DNA of 64,000 bases from NCBI GenBank assembly GCA_964016885.1, contig OZ024747.1, positions 51,026,001 to 51,090,000 on the forward strand. Direction: 5' to 3'. How positions within the stretch are numbered: the stretch's first letter is position 1; each line of letters begins with the position of its first letter. The notes under the pieces are model-generated. The model saw only the letters and a list, made by a program, of their open reading frames with translations. It was not told the DNA's origin and made no database searches. This DNA is from Eledone cirrhosa. Lineage: Eukaryota. The position numbers and the translations under genes were made by a program. Positions 24,307 through 36,440 of the stretch are shown piece by piece.

Positions 24307-26403
24307 TTACCGTACTTTTGGTAGAGGAGGGATGGTTTTTACATCCCTTTTCACTTGATCGTCTGGTGAAGGGACCGTTGAATCGTCCCTTCGGCTGGTC
24401 GTCGGCTCTTCTAAGAGAATGTCTGAATATACTCTTCGATTAATGGTTCCTCCTAGGTCCCTGAAATCACCAACTGCGTTGGGGAATTTCGTTTTAATGT
24501 TTGTGTATTGTTTCTGTGCTATTTTTAGCAGTCTTATGTTAGTTGGCGTTTTGATTGGTGCTGGTATTATGTAGTCCTGTTGTGAAATGTCTGTGTGTTC
24601 AATTATGTAAGTCATTAATTTCTTGTTGTGTGTGTTTATTGCCGTGCATTTGTTTTTCTGGGGGTGGGGTGGGGTTCTGCTATTTTCTTGTCGTTGTTGC
24701 TGGGTGTGTGTGTTTTGTTGTTGTGTTTGCGATGTTGGTGCTTGTGGTGGTGGTGTTGAAGGTGTTGTTGGCGGTGGGGTTGTCGCCGGTGGTGATGGTG
24801 GTGCTGGTGTGGGTGGTGATGGTGTTGGTGGTGTTGCTGCTGTGGGTCTCTTTGCAGTAGACTTTACCCTTTTCTCATTTCTTTCCTCCCTTTTCAAAGG
24901 CGACGATGCGCTGCTTCTGCGTTTGTGCCTTCTTGAGACCTTTTGCCATCCCTCTCCCACCTCACACTCCATGTCTGATTCTGTAAGGTCGGTGAGGGGT
25001 ACCAGCTCCACTCTTTCACTTGTTGTTGTTGGTGATGTTTGCACTGGAGTCTCTGTTGCAGCTGCATTTGGTATTGCTGTTGTTGTTGTTAATATTTCCA
25101 CTGCTGCTGCTGTCTTTGATTTCCGTGGAGTGGGTATGGGTGCCACGGACCTATCGTTCCTGGTTGCCGCTTGTCCTGTTGCTGGTAGCCGTGGAACCGG
25201 ATTCGGAAGGAGGGGGGTTTTCTCCTTTCTCAGGGTCTTCTCGTTGCAGAAGGCCCTGAGGTGAGTCTTCGATCCACAGCGAAAGCATTTCGGGCGTTTG
25301 CCCTCAACACTTATGGGCAGTTGAGTGCCGTTATCGAAGTCTATCACATCCGGGATAGCTTCGATGCACTCCTGGTTGGTTTGGATTAGCATCTCAATGG
25401 AGGAGCCGACCCAATCTTCTCTTACTTTTTTCTGTACTTGCAGTACAGTTGTTTTGTCCTCGATTCCGACGAGGACAGACGCGGCCAGCCAAGAAGGGGT
25501 CATTCCGGGGGGGACGTGGGTCAGTTTGACCCTCACAATTTTTTGCCCGCAGTAGGAGGGCACCAACACCATTTCCTCGCTCCTTAGGGTCACTACTGAT
25601 TGGGCCTTTGCCTCCTGGGGTGTGGCAAAATGTCCGTCTACGGTGGCATATTTTTTTCCTCGGGTGATGTGCGTTTTCCGCTGCCACACAGACCCCAAGG
25701 CTTTTTGTATTTGGGCCTCTGTAGCTCTTTCCACCCTACGGGATTTTGTACTTACTGTACGGTACGTGACCGTACAGTGCTCTTGGGTTTCGAAAAATTT
25801 TTCCGCTGCCTTGCAGATTGCTCGGTGTCCGTTCTTTGTCGCCATCTTCTTCGCTTCCTCTAATTCCTCATTTGTTATGAGGATTGTTTCCAAGTTTTTC
25901 GCAATACCTGCAAATGAGATTGGTTTTTCTCTGCTGTTGTTGTTGTCGTCAGAGCTGCTGGTACTTTTGTTGTTGCTGCAGGTACTACGACTACTGCCTC
26001 CGCCGCTGTTGCTGTGGTTGTTGTTGGTGTTGCTGCTGCTAATGCTGTTGTTGTTTATGCTGCTGGTGCTGCTGTTGCGGCTGCTACTGTTGTTTTCATT
26101 GTCACTGTTGCTGTTGTTATTACGGCTGCTACTGCTATTATTCCTGACGTCAGACGAATGAACTGGGTTTTCGTATTTCCCGCACACCTGTTTCGTGGCT
26201 GTCGTCGTCGTCGTGGAGAAACCTTGCACGCTTTGCACGAGACTTTTCTTTTCTTTCGTCACTTGCGAAAGAGAAGGGAGGGAGAGAGACACATTTAAAG
26301 AAGGGAGGGAGAGAGACAATCTTCTCTCTGCTGTAGTGATGATTGAGAAAGAAGAAGACGGAATGAGTGGGAGTGACGTATGAAATTTCTTTTTCGTAGC
26401 CAT
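24307..26403 (-). CDS. Tx1 ORF1, gag-like nucleic-acid-binding protein (698 aa)
   Basis: Open 698 codons upstream of ORF2; zinc knuckle CFRCGSKTHLRAFC (CX2CX4HX4C); S/N-rich and P/T-rich low-complexity tracts. Confidence 0.9.
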   Translation of the reverse strand: MATKKKFHTSLPLIPSSSFSIITTAERRLSLSLPSLNVSLSLPSLSQVTKEKKSLVQSVQGFSTTTTTATKQVCGKYENPVHSSDVRNNSSSSRNNNSNSDNENNSSSRNSSTSSINNNSISSSNTNNNHSNSGGGSSRSTCSNNKSTSSSDDNNNSREKPISFAGIAKNLETILITNEELEEAKKMATKNGHRAICKAAEKFFETQEHCTVTYRTVSTKSRRVERATEAQIQKALGSVWQRKTHITRGKKYATVDGHFATPQEAKAQSVVTLRSEEMVLVPSYCGQKIVRVKLTHVPPGMTPSWLAASVLVGIEDKTTVLQVQKKVREDWVGSSIEMLIQTNQECIEAIPDVIDFDNGTQLPISVEGKRPKCFRCGSKTHLRAFCNEKTLRKEKTPLLPNPVPRLPATGQAATRNDRSVAPIPTPRKSKTAAAVEILTTTTAIPNAAATETPVQTSPTTTSERVELVPLTDLTESDMECEVGEGWQKVSRRHKRRSSASSPLKREERNEKRVKSTAKRPTAATPPTPSPPTPAPPSPPATTPPPTTPSTPPPQAPTSQTQQQNTHTQQQRQENSRTPPHPQKNKCTAINTHNKKLMTYIIEHTDISQQDYIIPAPIKTPTNIRLLKIAQKQYTNIKTKFPNAVGDFRDLGGTINRRVYSDILLEEPTTSRRDDSTVPSPDDQVKRDVKTIPPLPKVR

Positions 26404-26636
26404 GTTGTTTTTTGTTTAAAATGAATATTGGGTACAAAACCCCAATAACTGGTTATTTAACCCCGAAGGGCCAAATAACGGACAGAAAGACCCCTCTCAC
26501 GAGGAGGAGGGTGTCTTTATCAACAATTTGGTTCAAGTTTTAAACAATTTACAATTGTTTTAACGGTTAAAAATTACTATACCTTACAGAGCCGAGCCTC
26601 CGTCAACCATGGCATTCAATAATAATAATAATAATA

Positions 26637-28346
26637 ATTAATCACTTGTTCTACATGGATGACCTGAAACTATTTGCAAAAAAAATGATGAACAATTGCA
26701 AGGGCTATTATCCACTGTGGAGCAGTGCAGTGATGACATTAAAATGGAGTTTGGACTAGATAAATGCGCCAAAGCAACGTTCACCAGAGGAAAGCTGCTG
26801 AAGAGTTCAGACATTAATCTTGATCGGGGGAACGTGATAAGAGAACTTGATCAAGAAAAAACTTACAAATATCTAGGTGTTTGTGAAGGAGACGGAATCA
26901 AACACTCGACAATGAGGGAAAGGATAAGGAAGGAATGTTACCGCAGAGTAAAAGCAATCTTAAGAACGGAATTGAATGCAAGGAATAGGATCGATGCCAT
27001 AAACACGCTTGCCATACCAGTAGTAACCTACAGTTACAATGTCATCAACCTGTCAAGCACAGAGATCCGTAGGCTCGATACAAAAATTCGAAAATTCTTA
27101 ACCATGCACAGAATGCATCACCCTAAGGCAGATACAAATAGAATATATCTTCCTAGGAAAGAAGGAGGACGTGGGTTAATCCAGTTAGACATTGCGTTGA
27201 AAACTGCAACAATTGGATTATCTACATATCTAAGGGAATCAAATGATTGGATGATCAAACTCGTTTTGAAACACGAAAGCATCAAAAGATCATATTCCAT
27301 TACAAAAGATGCACAAAGATACAGTAATGGACTACAAATTTCAGAAGTCCCATTTACTGCTGAAATGGAAAACACAGAAAAAGCAAAGCAGGTAAAAGTA
27401 ACTGCAAAGAAAGAACTGCTACAGAAACTGGCTAAGAAATGGCAAGAAAAGCCTCTGTATGGAAAATACCCAGAATGAGCTAACAATCCTGATGTTGACA
27501 AAACTTTAACCCATCAGTGGTTGGCATCCTCTGGACTGAAATCGGAGACTGAAGGACTGATTATATCAGCACAAGATCAGTGTCTGCCAACAAAAAATTA
27601 CCAAGCCAACATAATAAAAAATGGATGCAGCCCATTATGCCGTGTATGCAAAAAACAACCAAAGACCATTGACCATATAATTTCAATGTGCAGTCCTATA
27701 GCTCCAACCGAATACCTAAACAGGCATGACAGAGCTGCACAATACATACATTGGATAATGTGTAAGCATTTTGACATGCCCCATCAAAAGAATTGGTGGG
27801 AGCATCAACCACCTCCCATACATGAAAAAGATCACATCTCAATCTTGTGAAACTTTAGCATCCAAACAGACCGAAAAATAGATGCAAATAAACCTGATAT
27901 AATATTGAAAGACCTTAAAAAGAGGGTATGCCTGCTAATTGATATGTCCGTTCCAATAGACAAGAATGTATCTATAAAAACATTTGAAAAATTGAGCAAG
28001 TATAAGGACCTGGAGATAGAAATTGGAAAAATGTGGAAATTGAGAACTAAAACAATACCAGTGGTTGTAGGCGCTCTGGGAATGATACCTAAGGGGTCTA
28101 ATGATTACTTATCGCAAATCCCAGGAAACCTGCGTATAGGAGAAATACAAAAGATAGTACTAATGGGAACTGCCCATATACTAAGGAAGATTCTGTCAAT
28201 ATAAGTACATCACAATCTAAACACTAAAGATGCATGTGTGAGTATGTATATTCTTTCTTGAACATGGCGGACCTTGTTGTCTCTTGAGGTCACTGGTTGT
28301 GACTTGGTGATAACTCGTATGAACATAAAGCAAGATAAATGCAACT

Positions 28347-28347
<1 letters not shown>
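26637..28347 (+). mobile_element. 5'-truncated R4/Dong-like non-LTR retrotransposon (RT C-terminus + CCHC + restriction-like endonuclease), disrupted
   Basis: NHLFYMDDLKLFA, FGLDKC, YKYLG, RKEGGRGL, CRVC...DHIISMC, RHD, KPDI..D...LIDMSVP, K..KY.DL, PVVVGALG; frameshift in A-run ~26680, stops at 27476 and 27848; ends in (TAA)n 28348-28402. Confidence 0.92.
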
Positions 28348-28402
<55 letters not shown>

Positions 28403-28405
<3 letters not shown>

Positions 28406-28690
28406 CCGATACCAGGCCTTAAAGTGGGAGGTAAAAAGGATTTGGAACTGCCATGAAGTCAAAGTGGTCCCGATTGTCATAGGCGCACTAGGTACTATCT
28501 CAAAAAGTTTCCAGGGATGGTTAAAGAAAATTGGCCCCGCCACGCTTTTTGGAACGCTTCAAAAGGCATGCTTGCTGGGAACAGCAAGAACCCTCCGATA
28601 CGTCCTGAATATCTGAGGCTGCAGGTAGTGGCTTGATATTCATTTCAACAAACTTTCCAGTTAACTAACATCAATGACTGAGACTCAAAA
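28403..28690 (+). mobile_element. Short 3' fragment of a second R4/Dong-like family
   Basis: RYQALKWEVKRIW...VVPIVIGALGT...LQKACLLGTARTLRYVLNI*, 3'UTR, (AAT)n tail. Confidence 0.88.
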
Positions 28691-28711
28691 ACAATAATAA
28701 TAACAATAATA

Positions 28712-28836
28712 ATAATTGTTTCTACTTTAGGCACAAGGCCAGCAAATAACCAGTGCATTACTGGTATTTTATTTTATCGACCCCGTAAGGATGAAAGGCA
28801 AAGTCAACCTCGGCGGGATTTGAACTCAGATCGTAA
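28712..28836 (-). mobile_element. SINE-A, 5'-truncated, in (AAT)n
   Basis: Tail, core and B-box match. Confidence 0.88.
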
Positions 28837-28866
28837 ATAATAATACTACTACTAATAATAATAATA

Positions 28867-29580
28867 AGAGCAGGCCCTCAAAACGAAGTGGATGGAACAC
28901 CATAATTACAAAGAGGAGGCTAGCCCACTGTGTAGGATCTGTGGAGAGAGAGAGAGGAGACTGTGGCTCACATTGTATCCGAATGTAAACCCCTAGCCCA
29001 GAATCACTATAAAGGCTGGAGACAGATGTCACGGGCAGAGTTATCCACTGGCACCTATGCAAAGTAAACAATTTATCACATTCTGAGAAGTGGTATGAGC
29101 ATAAGCCAGAGTCGGTGATAGAAAACGATCAGGTGAAGGTGCTATGGGATTTTAGGATATAGACGGACAAGAAATTAGAACACAATAGGCCTGACCTGGG
29201 GGTTTTGGACAAGGAAAAAAGATCGTGCCTGATTGTAGATGTAGCCTGCCCATTTGACACGAGGGTGCATGAAAAGGAGAGGGCGAAAATTAACCCATAC
29301 AAGGACTTAAAGTGGGAGGTAAAAAGCATTTGGAACTTCCATGAAATCATCAGTCGTCCCGATTGTCATAGGCGCACTAGGTACTATCCCAAAGAGTTTC
29401 CAATGATGGTTAAAGAAAATTAGTCCAGCCCCGTTTTTGGAACAGTTCAAAAAGCATGCTTGCTGGGAACAGCAAGAACCGTCTGATACATCCTGAATAT
29501 CTGAGGCTGCAGGTGGCGGCTTGATATTCATTTCAACAAACTTTCCAGTTAAATAACAGCAATGACTGAGACTCAAAGAA
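28867..29580 (+). mobile_element. Longer 3' fragment of the second R4/Dong-like family
   Basis: ETVAHIVSECKPLAQ, KWYEHKPESV.END.VKVLWDF, HNRPDL...CLIVDVACPFD; 3' part nearly identical to 28403-28690. Confidence 0.88.
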
Positions 29581-29603
29581 CAATAATAATGATAATAATA
29601 ATG

Positions 29604-30376
29604 ATATCGATCAGCATGGCTAACTGTCCTTGTTCAGAAGTGTTTGTTTGAAAGCAGAGACTGAAGGACTAAACAAGGCCATTCTCTAAACACTCGGGCC
29701 TATAGACACAGAATTGTGAAAGAATAGACTAGCCCTCTATGCAGAATATGCTTCAAACATGAAGAAACGGTAGATCATGTTATCTCCGGGTGTCCAGAGC
29801 TGGTAAAAACTGACTATATCGAAAGATAACCGCATTGCCGAATATGTGCACTGGATGCTCTGCCTCTCTCATAACATCAAAACTTCTAACAAATGGTTTG
29901 AACATCAACCAAAAACAGTCATGGAAAAGGGCAACAAATCCATCTTGTGGGATCTGCCTGTGGTAACCGACCGAGAAATCGTTGCCAACAGACCAGATAT
30001 CATAAAAACAAAACAGATCAGACATGTAGTCTTTTAGATATTCCCGTACCAGCTGATAAGAATACATCTATAAAAACAATAGTAAAACTGTCAAAATTCA
30101 AAGACCTGGAAATAGAGACTAACCGCATGTGGAGGATGACCACAAACACTATCCCTGTGGTAATAAGAACATTAGGATTACTCAAATCCTCAGACCTCCA
30201 CCTTAGCGTCCTTCCCTGCAGATCAGCAATTATGAGCTACAGAAGATCGGACTACTAGGAACAGCACACATTCTCAGACGAGTTCTTTCACTACAATGAA
30301 AACATCTATTGCCCTAGGCTCAAGGCATAGACCCGGCAATAGAGAAACAGACCTGAGCTAAACGGAATAGCACAGC
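29604..30376 (+). mobile_element. 3' fragment of a third R4/Dong-like family
   Basis: LKAETEGL, PLCRICFKHEETVDHVISGCPEL, SILWDLPVVTDREIVANRPDII; (AAT)n tail 30377-30411. Confidence 0.88.
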
Positions 30377-30411
30377 AATAATAATAATAATAATAATAAT
30401 AATGATAATAA

Positions 30412-30520
30412 TGATTTTTCTATTAGCCACACGGGTGTCACATTAAGGAAACGCTAAAGACGATACGGGACGATATAGTGTGGGTTTTTTCATTGTGTAA
30501 AATAAAATTTATAAAAGACA
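30412..30520 (-). mobile_element. Tx1 3'-end stub
   Basis: gatttttctattagccacacggg...cattaagga...gacgatacgggacgat resembles the 3' ends at 17910, 19097 and 20590. Confidence 0.65.
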
Positions 30521-31552
30521 ATGACAATTTAGTTTATTCTCACAAACACCCAAATATAATTAGAACTGGGAATTGAAAGGTTTCTCACAGAGGCTTTTGA
30601 CACTCAGTGCAACGGCCTTTATCCTCTGGCCAAGTTTTAAACTAGAATTATATCTAATACTATTGATTGATATTACGAAGTTCAACATACCTTTTTCCAG
30701 ATAATATAGACAAGGTTTCACAATAGGGGAGCGAACATTGACGAATTAGATAGATGTTGTGAGGTTTATGCATTTTAGTAAGAATTATTAATGATGAATC
30801 TAAAGAAAGAATAGGTTTTGTAAAGGAGAGGTGTAAAGATGTATTTTTTTAAAAAATGTGTGAGTGCATGTGTGTGTTTGTGTATATACGTGTGTGTCTA
30901 TGTGTGTGTGTGTGTATGTGTGTGAGTATATGTAAGTGTGTATGTGTGTGTGTAAGCGTGTACATGTGTGTATGTATGTATGTGTGTGTATGTATTTGTG
31001 TGTAGAGGCAGAATCAGCAACTTGGAAATTCACTGAAGGAAACAATGGTGGAAGGAAAGAAGCTAAGTAAGAAATGAAAAAAAAAAATAAAATAAAACAA
31101 AACAACAAATACAAAAACAAATATAAAAAGATGAAAAACAACACCAAATAATAAAAAAGTAATAAATAAATAAATAAAAATAAATGGAAAAAAAGAAGAG
31201 GTTTTTCGGAATGAGAGAAAATAGGAGAAGAAAAAAGGAATGAATAAAGAGGGGTGTGGTGGGAAAAAGGTATATTAGTAATGTAAGAAGAGGCTGGCTG
31301 GGAAAAAATAATGTTGGAAATAAAATCGATGGAAGCAAGAGGAATGTGAATGTTAAAAGGTTTAGGGATAAAATATCTATTGCATGGCAAGAGAGGAAAA
31401 TAGTGGACAGTAAGGCGACTAGAAGAGTTGATATGTCATATGAAATGATGATGATGGGTTGATATAAAAGGAGGCTAGGTAAAGAGGTAGGAGCGGGACT
31501 AGGGTGATGTAGGATGACGGTGGACGATGGACAGTGGACGATAGTTGGTCGG

Positions 31553-31650
31553 TGGTGAACGGTGGGTGGTGGACGGTGGGTGGTGGACGGTGGGTGGTGG
31601 ACGGTGGGTGGTGGACGGTGGGTGGTGGACGGTGGGTGGTGGACGGTGGG
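31553..31650 (+). repeat. 14-bp G-rich minisatellite (ggacggtgggtggt)n
   Basis: ~6.5 near-perfect copies. Confidence 0.9.
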
Positions 31651-31659
31651 CGTTGGACA

Positions 31660-32800
31660 AAGCGGTGTGTAACGATGTAGTGGTGGCTGTAGTACTGGAG
31701 TGGTGGTTGTAGTGGTGGCTGTAGTACTGGATTGGTGGTTGTAGTGATGCAGTGGTCTATCGGTGGTGAGAGTAGTGGTAGTAGCGGTGTAACGATGTAG
31801 TGGTGGTTGTAGTACTGGAGTGGTGGTTGTAGTGGTGCAGTGGTGGATGTTGTGGTGCAGTGGTGGCTGTAGTGATGCAGTGGTGGCTGTAGTACTGGAG
31901 TGGTGGTTATAGTGCTGCAGTGGTGGCTGTAGTACTGGAGTGGTGGTTGTAGTGGTGCAGTGGTCTGTCGGTGGTGAGAGTAGTGGTAGTAGCGGTGTAA
32001 TGATGTAGTGGTGGCTGTAGTACTGGAGTGGTGGCTGTAGTGCTGCAGTGGTGGCTGTAGTACTGGAGTGGTGGTTATAGTGCTGCAGTGGTGGCTGTAG
32101 TACTGGAGTGGTGATTGTAATGGTGTAGTGGTCTATCGGTGGTGAGAGTAGTGGTAGTAGCGGTGTAATGATGTAGTGGTGGCTGTAGTACTGTAGTGGT
32201 GGTTGTAGTGGTGCAGTAGTCTATCGGTGGTGAGAGTACTGGTAGTAGCGGTGTAACGATGTAGTGGTGGCTGTAGTACTGGAGTGGTAGTTTTAGTGGT
32301 GCAGTGGTGGCTGTAGTGGTGGCTGTAGTGCTGCAGTGGTCTATCAGTGGTGAGAGTAAGGTGATAGTAGCGCTGTAGTGGTAGCTGTAGAGATGTAGCG
32401 TTGGGTGTGGTACTGTAATGGTGATTGTAGTGGTGGATGTTGTACTGTAGTGGTGTGGTGTGATGGTAGTAGTGGTGTAGTGGTGGCGTAGTCGTGGAGA
32501 CACTGGTGGGGTTTATGATGTAGTAGCAGTGGGAGGATGGTAGTAGAGGTAAGTGATGTAGTGATATAGAGGTGGATGTAGTGGTGTGGTGGAGGCGGTT
32601 GGGGTAGTGGTGGTGGCGGTAGTGCGGTAGTGCGGTAGTGCGGTAGTGCGGTAGTGCGCAAGTGGTCTAGTGGTGTAGCGTTGGTGTAGTGTTAGTGGTA
32701 GTGTACTGGACATGCAGTTGCAGTAGTGGTAGGTCAGTAGTGAGGTGGTGCAGGTAATAGTGTAGTGGTGACAGTGATGTAGTGGTGTGGTAGAGGTAGT
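31660..32800 (+). repeat. GT-rich minisatellite (gtagtggtggct/gtagtactggagtg units with higher-order repeats)
   Basis: Recurrent ~100-180-bp block containing tcggtggtgagagtagtggtagtagcggtgtaa. Confidence 0.85.
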
Positions 32801-32861
32801 GTCACTTGACATTCAGCAAAACACACTGGAGTAAAAGAATGAAAAATATGGAAGTTGATGA

Positions 32862-35800
32862 AGGTGAAGATATGAGTGACGGTGGGAGTGGAGGTGAAGA
32901 TATGACGGTGGGGGTGAAGATGTGACGGTGGAGGTGAGATGTGACAGTGGAGGTGAAGATGTGACGGTGGAGGTGAAGATATGAGTGACGGTGGGGGTGG
33001 AGGTGAAGATGTGACGGTGGAGGGGAAGATGTGACGGTGGGGGTGAAGATGTGACGGTGGGGATGAAGATGTGACGGTGGGGATGGAGATGTGACGGTGG
33101 GGGTGAAATGTGACGGTGGGGTGAAGAAGTGACGGTGGAGGTAAATGTGACGTGGAGGTGAAGATGTGACGGTGGGGGTGAAGATGTGACGGTGGAGGTG
33201 AAGATGCGACTGTGGGGTGAAGATGTGACGGTGGAGGTGAAGATGCGACAGTGGGGTGAAGATGTGACGGTGGGGGTGAAGATGTGATGGTAGAGGTGAA
33301 GATGCGACGGTGGGGGTGAAGATGTGACGGTGGAGGTGAAGATGTGACGGTGGGGGTGAAGATGTGACGGTGGATGTGAAGATGTGATGGTGGGGGTCAA
33401 GATGTGACCGTGGAGGTGAAGATGTGACGGTGGAGGTGAAGATGCGACGGTGGGGTTGAAGAAGTGACGGTGGATGTGAAGATGACAGTGGAGGTGAATG
33501 TGACGGTGGAGGTGAAGATGTGACGGTGGAGGGGAAGATGTGACAGTGGGGTGAAGAAGTGACAGTGAGGGTGAAGATATGACGGTAGAGGTGAGAATGT
33601 CACGATGGGTGTGAAGAAGTGACGGTGGAGGTGAAGATGCGACGGTAGGGGTGAATATGACGGTAGAGGTGAGGAGGTGACGGTGGAGGTGAAGATGTGA
33701 TGGTGGGATTGAGGATGTGACGGTGGAGGTGAAAATGCGCCGACGGTGGGGATGAAGTTGTGACGGTGGAGGTGAAGATGTGACGGTGTGGGTGAATATG
33801 TGACAGTGGGGGTGAAGATGTGATGGTTGAGGTGAGGATGTGATGGTGGAGGTGAGGATGTGACGGTAGAGGTGAAGTTATGACGGTGGAGGTGAAGGTA
33901 TGACGGTGGGGGTGAAGATGTGTTGGTGGAGGTGATGATGTGACGGTGAAGGTGAATGCGACAGAGGAGGTGAATGTGACGGTGGAGGTGAGGATGTGAT
34001 GGTGGGCGTGAGGATGTGATGGTGGGGTGAAGATGTGACGGTGGTGGTGAAGATGTGACGGTGGAGGTGAAGATGCGACAGTGGGGGTGAAGAAGTGACG
34101 GTGGAGGTGAATATGACGGTGGAGGTGAATGTGACGGTGGAGGTGAAGATGTGATGGTGGATGTAAATGTGACGGTGGAGTAGAAGGTTTGACGGTAGGG
34201 GTGAAGATGTGACGGTGGAGGTGAAGATGTGACGGTGGAGGTGAAGATGCAACGGTGGAGGTGAAGATGTGACGGTGGAGGTGAAGATGCAGCGGTGGAG
34301 GTGAAGATGTGACGGTGGGGGTGAAGATGTGACGGTGGGGGTGAAGAAGTGACGGCGGAGGTGAAGATGTGACGGTGAAGGTGAATGTGACAGAGGAGGT
34401 GAAGATGTTGGGTGTGAGGATGTGACGGTGGAGATAAATGTGACGGTGGCGGTGAAGATGTAACGGTGGGGTGAAGAAGTGACGGTAGGGATGAAGATGT
34501 GACGGTGGGGAAGATGATGTGATGGTGGAGGTGAAGATGTGATGGTGGGTGAAGAAGTGACTGTGGAGGTAAATCTGACGGTGGAGGTGAAGAGTTGACG
34601 GTGGGGGTGAAGATGTGACGGTGGAGGTGTATGTAGTGGTGGAGGTGAAGATGTGATGGTGGACGGGAAGCTGTAACGGTGGGGGTGAAGAAGTGACAGT
34701 GAAGGTGAAGATGTGACGGTGGAGGTGAGGATGTGACGCTGGAGGTGAAGATGTGACGGTTGAGGTGAAGATGTGACGGTGTGGGTGAAGATGTGACGGT
34801 AGAGGTGAATATGACGGTGGAGGTGAATGTGACGGTGGAGGTGAAGATGTGATGGTGGCGATGATGATATGACGGTGGAGGTAAATGTGACGGTGGAGTA
34901 GAAAATTTGACGGTGGAGGTGAAGATGTGACGGTGGAAGTGAATATGTGACGGTGGGGGTGAAGAGTGACGGTGGGGGTGAAGATGTAACGGTGGGCGTG
35001 AAGATCTGACGGTGGTGGTAAAGATATGACGGTGGGGGTGAATATGTGACGGTGGAGGTGAAGATGTGACAGTGGGCGTGAAGATGTGACGGTGGACGTG
35101 AAGATGTGACCATGGAGGTGTATGTGGTGGTGGAGGTGAGATGTGACGGTGGAGGTGAGGATGTGACGTTGGAGGTGAGGATTTGACAGTGGGGGTGAAG
35201 ATGTGACGGTGGTGGTGAAGATGTGACGGTGGGGGGTGAAAAAGTGACGGTGGAGGAGAAAATATGATGGTGGAGGTGAGGATGTCACGGTGGAGGTGAG
35301 GATGTGACGGTGGAAGTGAAGATGTGACGGTGGAGATGAAGATATGACGGTGGGGATGAAGATGTGACGGTGGTGCTGAATGTGATGGTTTAGGTGAATA
35401 TGACGGTGGAGGTGAAGATATGACGGTTGGGGTGAAGATGTGGCGGTGGGGTGAAGATGTGACGGTGGGGATGAAGATGTGACTGTGGAGGTGAAGATGT
35501 GACTGTGGAGGTGAAGATGTGACGGTGGAGGTGAAGATCTGGTGGTGGAGGTGAAGATGTGACGGTGGTTGTGTATGTGACAGTGGGGCGAAGGTGTGCG
35601 GGTGAGGGGAAGAGGGGAAGATGTGACGGTGGAGGTATATGTGGAGGTGGGGTTGACATGTGATCGCGGTGGTGAATGCGATGTGGCGGTGGAGGTGAAG
35701 ATGTGATGGTGGAAGTGAAGGTGTCACGGTGGAGGTGAAAATATGACGGTGGGGTGAAGATGTGACGGTGGGGTGAAGATGTGACGGTGGAGTTGAATAT

Positions 35801-36440
35801 GTGACGGTGGGGGTTAATATGTGACGGTGGGGGGTGAAGATGTGACGGTAGAGGTGAAGATATAACGGTGGGGGTGAAGATGTGACGGTGGAGGTGAAGA
35901 TGTGATGGTGGAGGTGAAGATGTGATGGTGGAAGTGAAGGTGTCACGGTGGAGGTGAAAACGTGACGGTGGAGGTGAAGATGTGACGGTGGGGGTGATGA
36001 TGTGACGGTGGAGATGAATATGTGACGATGGGGATTAATATGTGACGGTGGAGGTGAAGATGTGACGGTGGAAGTGAAGATGTGATGGTGGAGGTGAAGA
36101 TGTGATGGTGGAGGTGAAGATGTGATGGTGGAAGTGAAGATGTGATGGTGGAGGTGAAGATGTGATGGTGGAGGTGAAGATGTGATGGTGGAGGTGAAGA
36201 TGTGATGGTGGAGGTGAAGATGTGACGGTGGAGGTGAAGATGTGATGGTGGAAGTGAAGGTGTCACGGTGGAGGTGAAAATGTGACGGTGGAGGTGAAGA
36301 TATGACGGTGGGGGTGAAGATATGACGGTGGAGGTGAAGATATCACGGTGGGGGTGAAGATGTGACGGTGGAGGTAAAGATATCACGGTGGGGGTGAATG
36401 TGGCGGTGGGGGGTGAAGATGTGATGGTGGAGGTGAAGAT
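32862..36440 (+). repeat. 20-bp satellite array (GTGACGGTGGAGGTGAAGAT)n, ~3.6 kb
   Basis: On the order of 180 diverged units; produces the spurious 849/562/411-aa minus-strand ORFs. Confidence 0.97.

Larger units (their letters stand above)
20590..26617 (-). mobile_element. Full-length Tx1-type (L1 clade) non-LTR retrotransposon inserted in (TTA)n
   Basis: 5'UTR 26404-26617, ORF1, 35-bp spacer, ORF2, 3'UTR ending AATAAAGAAATC+(TTA)n; (AAT)n at ~20538-20589 and 26618-26638. Confidence 0.95.

Noticed and set aside
33397-35946. 849-aa, 562-aa and 411-aa His/Pro/Ser/Thr-rich ORFs
   Set aside because: Translations of a 20-bp satellite whose C-rich strand lacks stops; unit length is not a multiple of 3 and several frames are open
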